DNA of 64,000 bases, from contig NW_027366894.1 of NCBI RefSeq assembly GCF_046119375.1, positions 1 through 64,000 of the forward strand, written 5' to 3'. The position numbers and the translations under genes are program-made. A model generated the notes under the pieces. That model was given only the letters and a program-made list of their open reading frames with translations. It ran no database searches and had not been told where the DNA came from. Shown in pieces: positions 36,000-50,689 of the stretch. The stretch is from Phyllobates terribilis (taxonomy: Eukaryota). Position 1 is the first letter of the stretch. The number at the start of each line of letters is the position of its first letter.

Positions 36000-37860
36000 T
36001 AGACTCACGTAATTCATCGCTAACATTCTTCATAAACGAAACCTCAGTCTTAACATAGTTAAATTTTTTGACTGACGCTCTTTCTTGTAAACTAAGCAAA
36101 TCAATATATGAGAACATTCCTGAAGATTAGCACGGGCAAAAACAAGACCATCGTCAACAAAAAAGAGGTGAGAGAGCTTAGGAGTTGTGCGGGAGATTTG
36201 GACCCCGTGAAGAGCAGAATTGCAAACGGTGGTGTCGAGTAAGGCGGATAACACTTCTGCACAAATGATGAGTAAGTATATATGGTGAAAGTGGACCAGC
36301 TTGTCGAATTCCCCTTGTAGGCACAACATGCTTGTGTATCTGGTTGTTTATGTTGAAAGAGAAGCTCGCATATTTAATACATTGGAGGATACGACTGGTC
36401 TACTGTTCAGCAAAACGAAGTCGATTCATAACAACTTCTAAAAATCCTTATTTGACATGATCGGATTCTTTGCTTAAGTCAAGCTTCAAGGCAAGCTTTC
36501 CATGTCGACCCACTGTCTTATGCTTCATAAAATTAAAACCTTAAAGCACAAGCAGAACATTGTCTCTAATTGATTTACTAGTAATAAAAGCCGATTGGAA
36601 ATTTTAAACAACAGAGGGCATCACACACTTAATTGGGCTTGCCATTAATTTGGAAATGATTTTCTAGACTACATTACACAAACTGATGGGTCAAGATTCC
36701 AAAATTAAGGTTGGGAAAGACACCTCTAGCATGAGGGCAATGACTGATTTATTTATGTCAGAAATGGATACTCTACCAAGACCTGGCAATCGGGTCGGTC
36801 AGGTCAGGTTTGGGTCATTTCGGGTCGGGTTATTTTAGGTTGAACTTTTACTGGGTTAGAACGGGTCAGGTTATAACAGGTTTAATGTCAGGTCAGGTCG
36901 GGTTAACAAGTCGGTTGATGTAGAATTTCTTTTCACCTTTTTTCTTTTAAAAAAGTAATAAAAATGTTATTTTTAAAAGAAAAAATATTTATTCAATAAA
37001 ATAATAATAAAATAATTATTTAAAATTAATTTTATATATTTTATGCTTATATTCTTGACCAACAGGTCAGTCATGACCCACCAGGTCGGTCATACTCTAA
37101 TCCAAAATTTCTCGGGTCATTGGGTCCGCATCCAATAACCACACTGCGCATGCATAACAATGGTAGAAATATGTGGCAAAGCATGCCAGGATGGCCTAAT
37201 CGGCTGCATTGTTGACAAATAGCCGATAACCGCTCATAGCGAAAACGAATCCAACTACAAATTACTTCAAATGATAGTCTGATTCCTCTAAGGAGTTCTA
37301 ATCAAGTTACAACATAAACCCTAAAGCACATGCTTTTCTGGATACCGAGTGCATCAAATTTGTCTAATGCAATAAAGCACCCATCTTTGTTCCCTATTAG
37401 AGTGGTTGTATCGATGGTGAGAAGACCCAACAAAACATCACTCGCTTGAACCTAGAGTGGCGCTTCTCCAAAAAAGAGATCAGATGGACGTTCATTGCCA
37501 TTAAGTTCAATCAATACAAGGAGGGCATCGTCAAAGGTACATGAGCACCCAGTCCAAACCTTTGCTTGATCAGCCTCAGAGAAGAATTGGTAGATGAAAA
37601 CATTCTTAGAGAGTTCACGCACATCAAACCCCTTCTCCGTGCGCCAAATCAAAGTAAGAATTGATTTCAGAGTCGGAATATTTGTTGAGCACTCAGATAA
37701 TAACTTCCAAGCCAGGAACATGCACCAATGATTCTTTTGATTAGACGATACACCCTTCCCAACCACAATTGCACTTTCTTCTTCGAAGAGGCAAAGTTTT
37801 TGCGTCGTTGAAGGGATGTTATATCCATCAGAGGAGAAGAAACATATCACAAAAATTAGA
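36000..37860 (-). mobile_element. L1 LINE remnant (ORF1 DUF4283-like plus zinc knuckle; RT fragment), internally deleted
   Basis: 37452-37850 is ORF1-like. About 37170-37250 reads WIRFRYERLSAICQQCSRLGHPGMLC. About 36480 reads ALKLDLSK; 36030-36329 reads LSHLFFVDD. Confidence 0.82.
36779..37120. mobile_element. GGGTC-rich non-autonomous DNA element (hAT-like MITE) inside the LINE
   Basis: Starts agacctggcaa, with dense GGGTC/GACCC motifs. The second TIR was not identified. Confidence 0.45.
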
Positions 37861-39818
37861 GAGACACCATGAAAAACACTAGAGTAATAAAAAATAACTG
37901 ATAAATAACCGTCACCGGTAAGCGCCCTGTAAAGAGGGACATAAACACTCTCTTTTTAGAGCGACCATGCTTTGTTTGGTAGCTTGAATGCTTTCTAGAT
38001 TGCAAGTGTAAATGTTCATATATACTCTACCATGTACTTGTTTTCTCATTCATTTTGTCGTATAGATTAATTTGCCAATTGGTATATGTAAATTACATAG
38101 CTTCCAATGTATTATGTATATCTTTTAATTTATATCTACTTGGTCATTGTTAAAGCTGGATGAGACAATCATGGAGAATGCGTCAGTTCATATGCACATG
38201 TGCATAAATCGAGTTTTATAAGATAATGAGTTTTGAACCCAAAATCAATCAGTAAGTGGAGTAACTCACCCTCTTATATATGTGGTCTTGATTTCCATTT
38301 TTTCCGTGTGAGATAATTTATCTCTTTTTCTTCACATATCTACTTGAACCAGATCAAATCGCTTTCATACCAAGTTAAAATCTTGTGGGTCAATTATGAT
38401 GGACGTATCAGTTCGTGCTGCATGTGCATAAACTCCGTTATACAAGTTCTAATTTAAAATCAAACTTAAAATAAACTCCTTTTTTATTTTGACATGATTT
38501 TTTTTCAAACTCTACTCATTGAAAGATGATATTTTCAAGGGGGAAAAATCAGTTTACTACAATATCATTTTATTTATGTAAAACTTATAGATCTCTGGAA
38601 CAACTTTAAGATGATACATAACTCATCTATCCTAATCGAAAAAAGCTTTAATAACTATGAAATGAATCATCTACCCTATTAACGAGAATTAGGCTCAAGA
38701 TTAACTTGAAATTCGATCTTAATGTGAAATTAATGAATATTTCCATCCAAACGATTAATATGAAGTGCTCCCTTGTGGACATAGAACGATGTGACTAAAA
38801 AGACTAAAAATGATAAATGTGATGATAATTTTATAAATAACTCAAAATTTTATTTTTATGATATCATTCTATGTCAACAAAAGCAAAACTCCATGTTTAT
38901 CATTTGAATAATAATTTCACACTTTCACATTTTACAACATAAGCTTAATTTCACCTGTTAGCAACACTAGAAACTCTTGAAAAAGTAGGGTATGCATGTG
39001 AAGAAATTGTTGAAAGAGTATAATTTACCAAAAGCTCTAAGGGTCCTTAGTTTCATATCCATTTTCAACTACAATGGACTTATTTAAATAAGAGGTTTTA
39101 ATATTTTAATTTCCGTGTTAAAAAGAAAAGGATTTAAAAAATAATGTTATTATAACAAAATAAAATCAAGTATAAAAACTTTCTTATAAACAAAAATGGA
39201 ATAATAATGTAAGTAACAACATCCTCAATAGTGATACTCATTTTGAGTATCATAGTCTATTTTAAATTATTATTTAATGTTATGATACTCATACTTCACA
39301 ATGGTGATATTTACCTTTGAAAGGTTAAAGTTATTATTTAATTATAGATAGATAAAAATGTGGGATCAATGTGTAAGACTTGTGTAAGAATGAGTATCAT
39401 GCATGTGATACTCAAATGTAATAATTACATTGATAAACTAAAACACTTTTATATTTATCTTTAAATAAAATGTTACTAATGCTCTAAAGCTAATTGAAAA
39501 GGCATGATGAATCAAGTGACATGGAGATAGGTTGCTTTTTCGTTTGCAATATAACGTACATTCTTCATTTTTTCTATCTTTTATCCAGTTTTTATTATTT
39601 ATTTTTATTTCTTTTTCTAGGGAGCGTTTTTCATTTATAATCGACATTGATTAATATCTGGAAAATAAAATCATAAATAGAACAAAGAAAGCACTTTCTA
39701 CATCATACAAAATAACATGATGCATGCGATATCTTGGACTATCAATAACAAGGGTGTTATAATAGTGAAAGCAAGTGCTCTATAATTCTAAAAAAAACTT
39801 GCATCCTTTCAAAACTAG

Positions 39819-42800
39819 CTAGCTCTCACAAGTCCATCTCGTAGAGGCTTGTTTGGCTAACAACTTGGTAATCCTTTGATTAGTAAGTCTCTCGACATGA
39901 GTAGTTTCATTTTCGTTGTCTCCCGATAGTAATCCGTGGACCTTCAAGTTGGTTTCGAGTCTAGCAACATCTTCTAAAGTGCCTAAAACGCGCTCAAAGC
40001 AAATGTATCTTCCATTGGCGTTACCATGGTCCATGGCTTCATACACTTTGACATGAGCCTTAGCTAGCTTTGTCACATCCTCCACCGCTAGCATGCCCCT
40101 CCTGAACATCAACTTCCCCCCTACATTCATTCATACAAGCAACATAAGTTTCAAGTTCGAATAATCAACTTCCCCCCAAAATTCTCTTCTTTTTTTTCAC
40201 TTGAGATGTGAGATATCTTCTTTTAAGTGTAACATTAGTAGATCTGTGAAATATAGGATAGGATTCGCTCATAAATCAATTGATTATCGAATGAGTAATT
40301 CACGTAGTAGATGCTACATCAATCATTTTTACTCGCATCTAAAGTGGTGAGGAAGTTTATGGTTGAATTCAGCTTATATTGTAAAATGCAAAACTGTGAA
40401 CATTAGTGTTCAAATAATGAACATAGAATATTAATTTGTGAACATTGTGATGTTACATAGAATTGAGTTATATACAAAATTATCATTGAGCTAACTTTCA
40501 TTATTTTTTTTTGTCTTTTTAGTCACATTGTTCCATGTTCACCTATCTTTATATTTGTTATTTAGATCGAACTTCAGATATTACTCTATATTCACTACAT
40601 AAGATCCAGTTTCACCTAATTGTACTCTGTAAAATGGTTCATAAATATAAATGAAAGAGGTAGAATTGGCAAAAGAGCAAAGTGGAATAAAGATACTCAC
40701 CCTTGAGATAAGGAAGGGAGGTTTCATATTGAGCATTAGGAAAAGAAGGAGCCATGACTAAAGCAGGGCACATCGTAACCAACTTTACCTTCATTTCCTT
40801 TGACTTCTCCCAAGCTATTTTCTCTGCCCTAGTCTTCCCCAAAGCAAGCCATAACTACATGTTTCACAAATCCAAAATCCAAACCTTAATTTTTCATATA
40901 AGAACTGGCTTAATAAACAGAAGTCTTATGAGATGCAATTACCTTGTTATCCCTACAATAGTCTTCATCACTCCAAAAGGATTCATCCACGAGTTGTGTA
41001 TGAGATGATGAGGTGCTCCAAATGGAAGCCAATAGAGATGAAGTGAAAATGCATCTCTTAACATAGGATGTTCTTCCACATGCTTCTATCACATTTCTTG
41101 CTCCCTCTGCCTCTAGAAATGCTGTTCTTTCCTGAAAAACATCCACAGTATCTCTTACTACAACACTAGTCTCTTTTAACATAGCCAAACCCTTTCAATT
41201 AGGGTCTATCTAATGTGTGTCGCTCAACATTCAAATCCTTGTAGACTAAGGGCATGTTAGGTATTATTTTCCAAAACGTAAACAAGAAGAAACAAACCCT
41301 GAACATTTTTCATTCATCTAGGTGTCTGGTAATTTACATTAACTACAAGATGGACGTATGACTCCCTTTATCAAGGATATTTAAAACTAACCATGATATT
41401 GTAGAAACAAATATAGAAAGAAGCATAAGACCTAAAAAGCCATCTTGTAGTGAGTCTCAAACCACAAAATTACCTCAAAAATTTCAAACAGGATGTAAAA
41501 AGTGATCTAAATTTGTTTCCTTTCCGTCAAAATTTTCAAAAAAATATAACAAACAAGGGCCTTAATATGGAAAATGCATGTAGATAGATCATAGCATATG
41601 TACTTATGCCAACAACGTTGTTTATATGTATACCACACAAGCATCTTGGGTTTAGACTTAATATGAACAAACATCATACTTTTCCATTAAAAAACTTCAT
41701 ATATTATGTCAAGAATTATTTCATCGGTTCTTAAGTGAATACTAGTATTAATGTTAATATTAGTAGTCCAATGGTGTAAACTTTTTAAAAAAATCAACAA
41801 CGGTCTAAACTATCAAGTAAAATCATTGTGTAAAAATCATTAGTCCAATGCTCATTATTCACATGGTCACACCCATATATTATTTAATTAAATATCACAG
41901 TTGATAGAAGTTTTTTCACTGGTTCTCGAATCCACTAATATCCTCAAATTAGATAGGTCTGAAAATTAGCCATCCAGATATATATAGCAGTTAATACTAC
42001 TCCCTCAGTCCCAAAATAAAAATATAGTTTTCATTTTTATTTTCACACTATTTACTGTCGAAGTTTATTTTCTCGATTCTTGCTAATATACAAGGAAAAA
42101 CATAGTAATATGAGGTCTTGTTTGATTCGTCTCGACGAGTACTTTAATAATATAATTTTCTATAATTTATACTAACACATAATGATAGATATTAACGATA
42201 AAAAACGTGTATCGACAAATATGTAAAAGCAAATGAAAATTATATTATGGGACGGAGTGAGTAGAAGTTATGCAAATTAAACATCTACTATTAAAAAATA
42301 TTTGTTGCCCGAACTGATCATTGATTTTTTAATAATACTATAAAGATATAGATTAAGGTCTACATCTGGATTTTTCTTTTATCAATTTTAACACTAAGCT
42401 AAATAGGATTATATTTTGATTATTTAATTATTTTCCTTTTTAGAGTTTTAATTTATAAGTAAAATTTTCTATTATATACTCTCAAACCACTTGTCAGAAG
42501 AAGAAAACTTGCCAAAAGTCAATAACAATAACTTACTCCACAGTTACTTAGGTTCCATTCCGATTGCTTTTATAAGTTTAATACTCCAATGTGTCAAACT
42601 TTGTATTAAATAATTTTGATGACAGGTCTACCAAACCTGGATTGTAATCCTAATTCGGGTTAACTACTTACAAGAGAATTTTGCAAACACTACATAATGC
42701 GAAAAGAATATAGACTTGACCCGAAAATTATTGTTAAAAAAAATCTGAGTATCATGAACATGAATCAAACTTAGCTATTTCACATAGAAAAGAAGTTTAT

Positions 42801-45800
42801 GATAAAATTAACTTTGTACATATTTGAATTTTTACTGTCCAAGTAATGTATATAAAACATTAATTTGAACTGAATTATATTTACTTTTAATTAAATTATT
42901 TATAAAATTATTATCGCATCACTTTTTTATTTTTTTTCTTCTAATATATTCACAAATTAATAGTGTGTAGTAATGTTCAATTATAAAGCCAACACAAAGT
43001 CTAATTTGTTCATGTATTTTCTAATTTCTAATATATGGTAGTAGACTGTTAGGGGCTTAGTCAATCAAATATAACCGTTTTTAAAAAATATTATATGTTA
43101 ATTTTATGTCCTTGAAAATTAATAATGTCAAGGTATTTAGATGCGATAGAGACTCGATCAATCCAAAAACCGGTGAATACAACATGAATGATCTGAGTCT
43201 GCCTCGAAAAGTAAATTCGTATAATGCATGTGATTATAAAAAAAAATGAAGATAATTTTGTATAGTATGGACCGGGGATGGGTGTCCAAATGGTATTAAT
43301 TGGCCAGGTCGGTGCAAAGACCAAGTACTAGGATTGGGGACCGAATTTTAATATCTCCGGTCTGGTCCGGTCCAACTCTTTTTACACAATCCTAATTACT
43401 ATGGACTCCTACTAGTTATATATATTTTGGATTTATTTGGTATAAATAAATATAGACCTTTTACATTATCAAAATTTTTAGAAGTGAATATGAAATTTGT
43501 GCATTCACAAATTAGAAAAAAAGACATGCTTCTCATTTGAAACATATCTTCATATTGTGAAAACAGGTATATTGTTAGAGAATAATTAATATCATTTACT
43601 CTCTTCAAAGATTAAAGAGTTATATGAAATGGTCATTCCAGTAACTTTCACTCACATATTAATATGATGATTTTTTAAAATTTTGAAATCTTTCAGTAGC
43701 AATATTTAGACTATATTAACAACAATTACATATTAAATATAATGATGTCAATTTTTTAAAATATGAACTTCAAATCTAGGAAATTAATATTATATTTTAG
43801 TAAATTGATGAATCCTTAATTCTTACAAACCAACATAAATTTGTTTGCATTTGAAACTAAAACATATGTGATTAATTATATTGTTATTTATTATAATGTG
43901 AATTATGTAAATGTCTTTTTAATTTTTAATTATACATCTGAATCTATCATTTCAATTTTTAATTAATCAGCCTCGTGCAAGACACGGATCTTAGACTAGT
44001 AAATAACTATATCAGACATATATAGACATATTTTTATTATATAATCAATATTATTATAACTACATTCTTCCATAAGAATTAAACATGTCATAATTTGTAT
44101 TTTATGTCATATAATAATAAATCCAATTTTTGTGACACCTTTTTTAGAAAAATTTTCAGAAAAATAATATATTTTATATTAGTATATTCTTTTTGTATTA
44201 AACATTATCAAAATGATAAATATTAACTATATAAATGAAATTTACGTATAAAGCTTACAAAAAAGTTTTAAAACTTTGATCCATAAAGAAAATAATTTAA
44301 TTTTTTATTCCTATTTAGCATTATAGAAGTTAAATTCTAGTTTGCTTCATAGAAATTATATTTGAAATCGTTTATTTTATTACGATTATATCTATTATTT
44401 AAATTGTATTAGTACTATTCACCATGTGTCACTATTTTATCTAATAACTATTCATCATCTCATCAAATCTCACACCTCAATCAAATCTCACATCTATAAT
44501 TAACTTTTTATTAAAAAATTATAATATTATTTATAACTTATATATTGAAATATCCTCATATAACAAGAGACATATACTATTTACAATATAAAATATAAAC
44601 TATAGAACCGGCGAGCCTCATTAGTATCCTATATTGTGCCACGTGACTACTCAAACAAATAAATAGTAACACGGAAAACAATACAAATTTTACTCCTTCC
44701 GGATACAAATACATGTCTTGAGACAAAATTTTACGCAAATTAAGGTAGGATTTTTTTACCTAAACAACTCTAATAAAGTGGATTAGAAATGTAAAAAATA
44801 ATGTATAAAAAAATTAAGTAGTTTTTAATGTAATAATTGCATCGAGATAAATGTGATAAAAGTATGAAAATATTAATAAAATAACAAGTATTTCTATCCA
44901 AATATATTACTCCCTCCGTCCCCATATATAGTTCTTGTTTCTTTTTGTACACTATTCATGTTATTGTAGAAAATTCACGGTATTTCTCAATATATAAAAA
45001 ATAACATAGTCATGTAGGGTCTTGCTTTATTCGTCCCAATGAGTACTTTAATACTATTAAAGTTTTACGAATTTTAATAACATATAATTAGAGATATTTG
45101 ATATAGAAAACGTGCGTTGGCAAATGTGCCGGGTCAAAAAAGAACTATAATAGGGGACGAAGGGAGTATTCTAAATAACATGGTAAAAGAAAACAAAAAA
45201 GAAGTACTTCTAATTTCTGTTTTTTAGGCAAATAAGTAGTTCGAAGTACTTTTAAAAATTTTTAGGTGGACGAAACGAACAAGTCAAATGAGTGCTTATT
45301 TTCTAAAAAAGAAAAATAAATACTTAGAAGTACTTCTTTATGACAAAACGAACAGACTCTAAGTACTAGCTTACCATGACCAACCAATGGCAAGTTTAAG
45401 ACATGATTACTTACCGTGTAACCAGAAACACCATGTGGATCAATGAAAGAAGAAGTATGAAAAACGGCATGGCATCCTCTAAACGCCTCACAAAGTCCCT
45501 CCAAATTCCCAATTTTGGCCACCACCACACTCTCCATTCTACTCATCTCTTCATCTCCCATCGTCCTCTTCATCTCCTCCAAATCACCTATTCAACCAAT
45601 TTTCAAATACAGTAACACAGCACAACACATGATTGACAGACTCAAGACACGCACATACACAAAGGTGATCACAAACGAACCTGGATTTTGGATGGTCGCT
45701 CGAATGAGGTAACCATGAGACGACAACTCCTTGATCAAGTGAGCACCAAAATAAGAGTTACCGCTAGTCACGCAAACTACCTTCCTTTGCGTTGCACCCA

Positions 45801-45897
45801 AATACCCACCACCATTACTACATCTTCTTTGATCTTCCCCGTGATTTACATCTAAAAACGGTTTAGAAAGCAACATTTCTCCCTTCCAAGATTCCAT
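39819..45897 (-). CDS. Cinnamoyl-CoA reductase-like NAD(P)-binding SDR protein. Exons 45681-45897, 45415-45587, 40943-41131, 40701-40854, 39819-40120 (344 aa).
   Basis: Motifs KVVCVTSGNSYFGAHL, AFRGCHAVFHTSSFIDP, VKRCIFTSSLLA, LWLALGKTRAEK and GRYICF. GT-AG introns, frame intact. Confidence 0.9.
42000..42261. mobile_element. Stowaway MITE (in CCR-like intron 2)
   Basis: TA|CTCCCTCAGTCCC ... GGGACGGAGTGAG|TA. Confidence 0.9.
42284..43999 (+). mobile_element. Helitron remnant (in CCR-like intron 2)
   Basis: Imperfect hairpin cgtgcaagacacg, then CTAG|T at 43996-44000. The 5' end A|TCTACTA at 42284 is tentative. Confidence 0.5.
44910..45166. mobile_element. Stowaway MITE (in CCR-like intron 2)
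   Basis: TA|CTCCCTCCGTCCCC ... GGGGACGAAGGGAG|TA. Confidence 0.92.
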
Positions 45898-46509
45898 TCT
45901 CTTTGCCTCTTCCGATGTACTCTCCTTTCTTTGAGCTAGTGTGTTTAGTTAAGAGAGCGTGAAATCTGATATATACATACAAAAAAAGCGGGGGAGAAGG
46001 AGAGGTACAAGTTGAAAGGCTTAAATTGGTAGATGGAGTTGTGTAGTTGAAAATGTAGTTGACGCCCATTTGTATCTAAGAGTCATAACTAATAAAAATA
46101 TTCATGCATCCTGTCTTTTTCTTCGATGGCTTTTTGTGAAACTTACATACATACATATATGCAAATTTTAAATAGACACTAGCATGTGTAATTCAGTATT
46201 TGGACCACACTATTTTCTGTTGTAAGAGCACGATGATACTAGTAGATGTTTTTTTTCAACGACTCTCTTCCTTAAAATTTATGGTATCACCGACGTTTCA
46301 CATAATCCGGGCCGGACGTACTTACTCACTTGTTTTTTTACCGCAACGGTAGGTTTTTTATGTTACATGTCTATTGTCAAATGTGTTACTTACCCTTAAT
46401 TGACGTTTCATTTTGTTCGAAAATGTAGCATGAGTGAATAACACGTAATCTTTTTGCTCCTTTAATTTCATCTATTAAAAAATATTGACTTATTCTTGTA
46501 TAAATTTAT

Positions 46510-47680
46510 ATATTAGTTACTTTTACGGCTAGAGTTGGCCGATCGGGATCGGATCTGTCAAATCCTGAACCAGAATAAAATCCAAACTAAAACTGTCGAT
46601 GTAGTTTTCTTCAAAGTTCTGATCCTGGTTCAAGGTTAGCTTGAACCTTCGAACTAGGGTTCTTGAACCTGAACCGCCAATTCAAGATACAAACATTTTT
46701 TTTTAATTTTGACATAAACTATTTGTTTCGAAATTTAAAAATATAATTTCTATAACGTGTTTATTTAAATAATGGAAGTCATGACTAAGTACCTACTGAT
46801 CGAGCTTTATAGATAAGTGTGAATAAACATGCCTCACAATGGAACTATACTCATTATTGTGCATAATTATTCGTACTTATGTATAAAGCTCCGTCGAAAG
46901 GTATTTAGCAGCGACTTCCATTGTTTAATAAAATTTATTAATTATTTCTTTTAAATTAAATTACTGTTATTTTTAAAGGTTCTGAACTAGAACTAAATCT
47001 CTAGAACAAAGTTAAAAATCGGTGAAAGAGCGGATAAACCTGAACATTCCTGAATTTTGAATCAAAATTGACGGTTCAATGGGAAAATGATATCATAATA
47101 TGTTTTTGATCTTTCTCAAAACATTTGTATATCAAGAACATAACTCATCAACACTAATACAAAGTGCTTGTCAAATTGAACCTAAATTCTATGAACCGAT
47201 CCTAAACCAGTCTGGCATGAAACCGACCCTCAAGCTTGAAACTCGCTAAGACCAAGGTTCAAGGCCAGGTTCATGAATATCCTGAACTTTCAAACCGGAG
47301 GTTCCATGAAGTTTAACCGACTTTGAACCGACGATTCATTGAAGATTCATAACTAAATGCTTAGAGTTTTTAAACTAAGTACTTTAAATTTTAATATGTA
47401 TATAAAGTCAAGTTTTAAAATAAATTTCGAGTAAGTGCTTAAGGTTTTTAAAATTAATTAATTAAAAATTTAAAATAAGTAAGTTCAAGGTTCAAGGTTC
47501 CGAACCAAAACGGAATAATAACCGTGAGAATCGGCCAAAACCTAAACCGGTACGAAACCAGAACTGACCGATCCATTGAACTGGCCATGTTAAGGTTCAA
47601 GTTCAGATTTAACATTCAGCCAAAGCTTGAACTTGGGTTTATGAACCAGAACTGATAGTTCATAAACCGGGTCAACAATA
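46510..47680. mobile_element. GAACC/GGTTC-rich non-autonomous DNA element (hAT-like)
   Basis: Two motif-rich arms separated by an AT-rich core. Starts tagagttggcc. TSD not found. Confidence 0.4.
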
Positions 47681-48544
47681 CTAATACTTTATATCTTACA
47701 TCATATCTTAGTAATCATACTTGATATCTATATAAATAAGCTCTAACTTCACATCCTAAATTTTCATGAAAAACAAATAATTTTGCAAATCTATTTAAAA
47801 AAATAACTATATGAAATTTCAATGCATATTGTAATATATAATAGAAGGGTCATCAATTATTAAGGCCAAAAAATCTTTCTAGTCTTCCCGATAACAAACG
47901 AAGCAATTATTAAATGCACTATATAGTTTTTATACTTTGAAGCCTGGCCATCAACACCATACTTTGTCCACTTAAAAGAATGGTATTCGAGTGGTACATC
48001 AGTTATTTATGTTCTGTTTGATCCAGGGATCAACCATCCGGTGACATCCCTCCACTCCTCCATCACAACTTACAATAACGGTAGACGAGACCGTCTTTCA
48101 TAAGACCATAAATATTGGAGTGGGTTGTGCAGTGCATGGAATGTGGGACCCACACCAAAATAATAAAAAATAAAGAAATTGGAATTGGGTCGACCAATAA
48201 GGTCGCCCAACACCCAACCAGTAACCTTCTTGGTCATTCAAAAAATTGATGGGGGAGGGGGCCACTTGTCCCCATCCTATTGGACATGTATATTTTCTTT
48301 GGATAATATTTTACTTTTTCAATTTACCTTTGAATTATTTTTTAAAAAAAGTTAAAATAAATCAAAATTCATAAAAAAAAACTCTCTATAAATAGAGACT
48401 AATATTGATATATTTTAACAAATCTGAAAACCCACTTATATTTCACTATTCTTTATTTCTTCTAGCAAAATGGATCCAAATGATGCATTTTTTTCTACAC
48501 TTTTGTTCCTATGAAAATACTCACTTATATTTCACTACTCTCTA

Positions 48545-48800
48545 CTCCCTTCGTCCCCTTTTGTTCTTCTTACTTTTTTTCGACACTATTTATAGTTAAG
48601 GGAATTTTTACTAATATCTCCCAATATATAGTAAAAACATAGTCATAAGTGATCTTGTTTGATTCGTCTCAATGAATATTTTAAGAATATCAAAAAAATT
48701 TAGATTTTTAGATGAACATTTTTAGAGATATACCGTAGAAAAAACATGTATCGACAAATGTGAAAAAAGAAACAGGAGGTAGAAAAAGGGACGGAGAGAG
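48545..48800. mobile_element. Stowaway MITE
   Basis: TA|CTCCCTTCGTCCCC ... GGGACGGAGAGAG|TA. Confidence 0.9.
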
Positions 48801-49285
48801 TATTTTATGATTATATTTAATTATTTTAATTCAATTATTATATTAGATTTATTCTATAATTATAAGAGAGTGAAAATAAAAATTAATTGAATTTGTGGTC
48901 ACATGAATGATTATGGATAAATGTGATTTTTATTGGTCATGGTTGAGTTGATTGAAATGTTAGGTAGAAAATTTATTTTTTTTTATTAAAATGGATAGTT
49001 AAATTAGATTAAAAATCATAAATATTAATTTAATAAAAAGGGTCCAGTGTTGAGTCCGATTCAAAAAAAAAAACACCATACTTTGTCCAACCATTTATCC
49101 GGTTATCAGAACACAGTAAGGAATTTGGTCGTCCACTATTATCACTATGGCAGAGAATCCAGAGATGAATGGTTTCTCTCTTAGAAAAATACTTTAGTGG
49201 TCAGACATGAGCCACATGGTGTCTATGAGGAAACAGTTGTGCGCAATTTTTTTACAAAATATTAGGCTCTAGCGTCTAAATAGTA

Positions 49286-49470
49286 CTCCGTTTTTTTTTT
49301 TTCTTCTTATTTTTTTCCGGTATTTACAGAGGTATATACATCGAGACGAGTAAAACAAAGTCAATCATGATTATATTTTTCCATACACATCCAGAAAAAT
49401 GAGAAAATTCTATTAATGTATAAATAGTGACTGAAAAAGATACGTGAAAAATGAAAAGGGACCGAGGGAG
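49286..49470. mobile_element. Stowaway MITE with degenerate left end
   Basis: TA|CTCCGTTT ... GGGACCGAGGGAG|TA. Confidence 0.7.
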
Positions 49471-50689
49471 TAACATAAAAAGTTAAGGATTTGATAGGTA
49501 ATGTATTATAATGATGTTTATTATTTATAAAGAGATTTTTTACTTTTAAATAAAGTACTTTTTATAAAAATACGTGCATTTTTTTAATAAGTTAGAGTAT
49601 AAAAAATAACATAAAAAGTAATTAATTACACATTTTTCGAAACAACAAAAATATTTTAAAAAAATAAAGTCTTTACAATAACAAAGATAATTTACCAAAC
49701 AGAGCCTAAATGAAACCTAGATGAATTAACAATAATTAAATGTTTATAATTTTTAGAACTTATTGTTTTTATGTTTATTATTATTTATTAAATTATGTTA
49801 AGATTACATTATATATTTTATATAATTTTTATTATATTAAAACAAATTTAAAGTTCACTATAGTTTCCAAAAAAATATTATTTTCAAAAATATATTAGAG
49901 TTTTTTATTAAAAAGTACTAGATGCTGGACAATGAGGAGGGGACTATTATCTGGGTGAGATTTTTATAACACTACTGGATGGGTGGTGAGGGTCAATTAT
50001 TTTGATTAAATGCAAGCAAAACAAAAGAAACTGCAAAGTGAGGATATCGGAAATTTTGAATGGGTGGTATGGTACACGTGACTCTAACATAAGGTTAGCT
50101 ACCCCCATTTGATACCATTACTCCATACAATTCACATTTGATTTTCTAAACAACATTTATACAAAAAAGTAGTGTAATAAGAGAGTAATGGTTGGTAGAA
50201 TTTAGCCACCTTACACTATATCCGTGAAAAAATAGAAACTAATAGCAGTTCAGATGTTATGGTTGGAGTGAGACTTTCAGTCAATTACTTTCTTATTTGA
50301 ATCCAGGCATGCGTAAATTGACCTTGTGCTCACATTTAACCCCCTACTGTATTGAATGATTAGCAGGTAGGGACATGCCATCGGGTTTTATACCCATTTT
50401 TTAATCACATATAGGTATTAATGTTGCTAGGATTGGTATTTTTAGATCGAATTATAAGTGGGTGTAAAATCGAACTTAGGATTGTAAAATAATATTAGAT
50501 TAATAATATTGCATTTTTATTGTTAGGATATGATAATATTTACTATATTTTATATCTTTAGGTGATTGCTTATATCTTCCACGATATAATATTACCTAAC
50601 AAGATAACATCTACTGCTTGTATAAATACCCTCATGTACTCTCATTATAATTCATAATACACATATCATATGAATTTGGATCGGGTACA

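Noticed and set aside
45863-46069. Overlapping uORF of the CCR-like gene
   Set aside because: Its ATG lies upstream of a TATA-like site near 45970, so it is probably outside the transcript.
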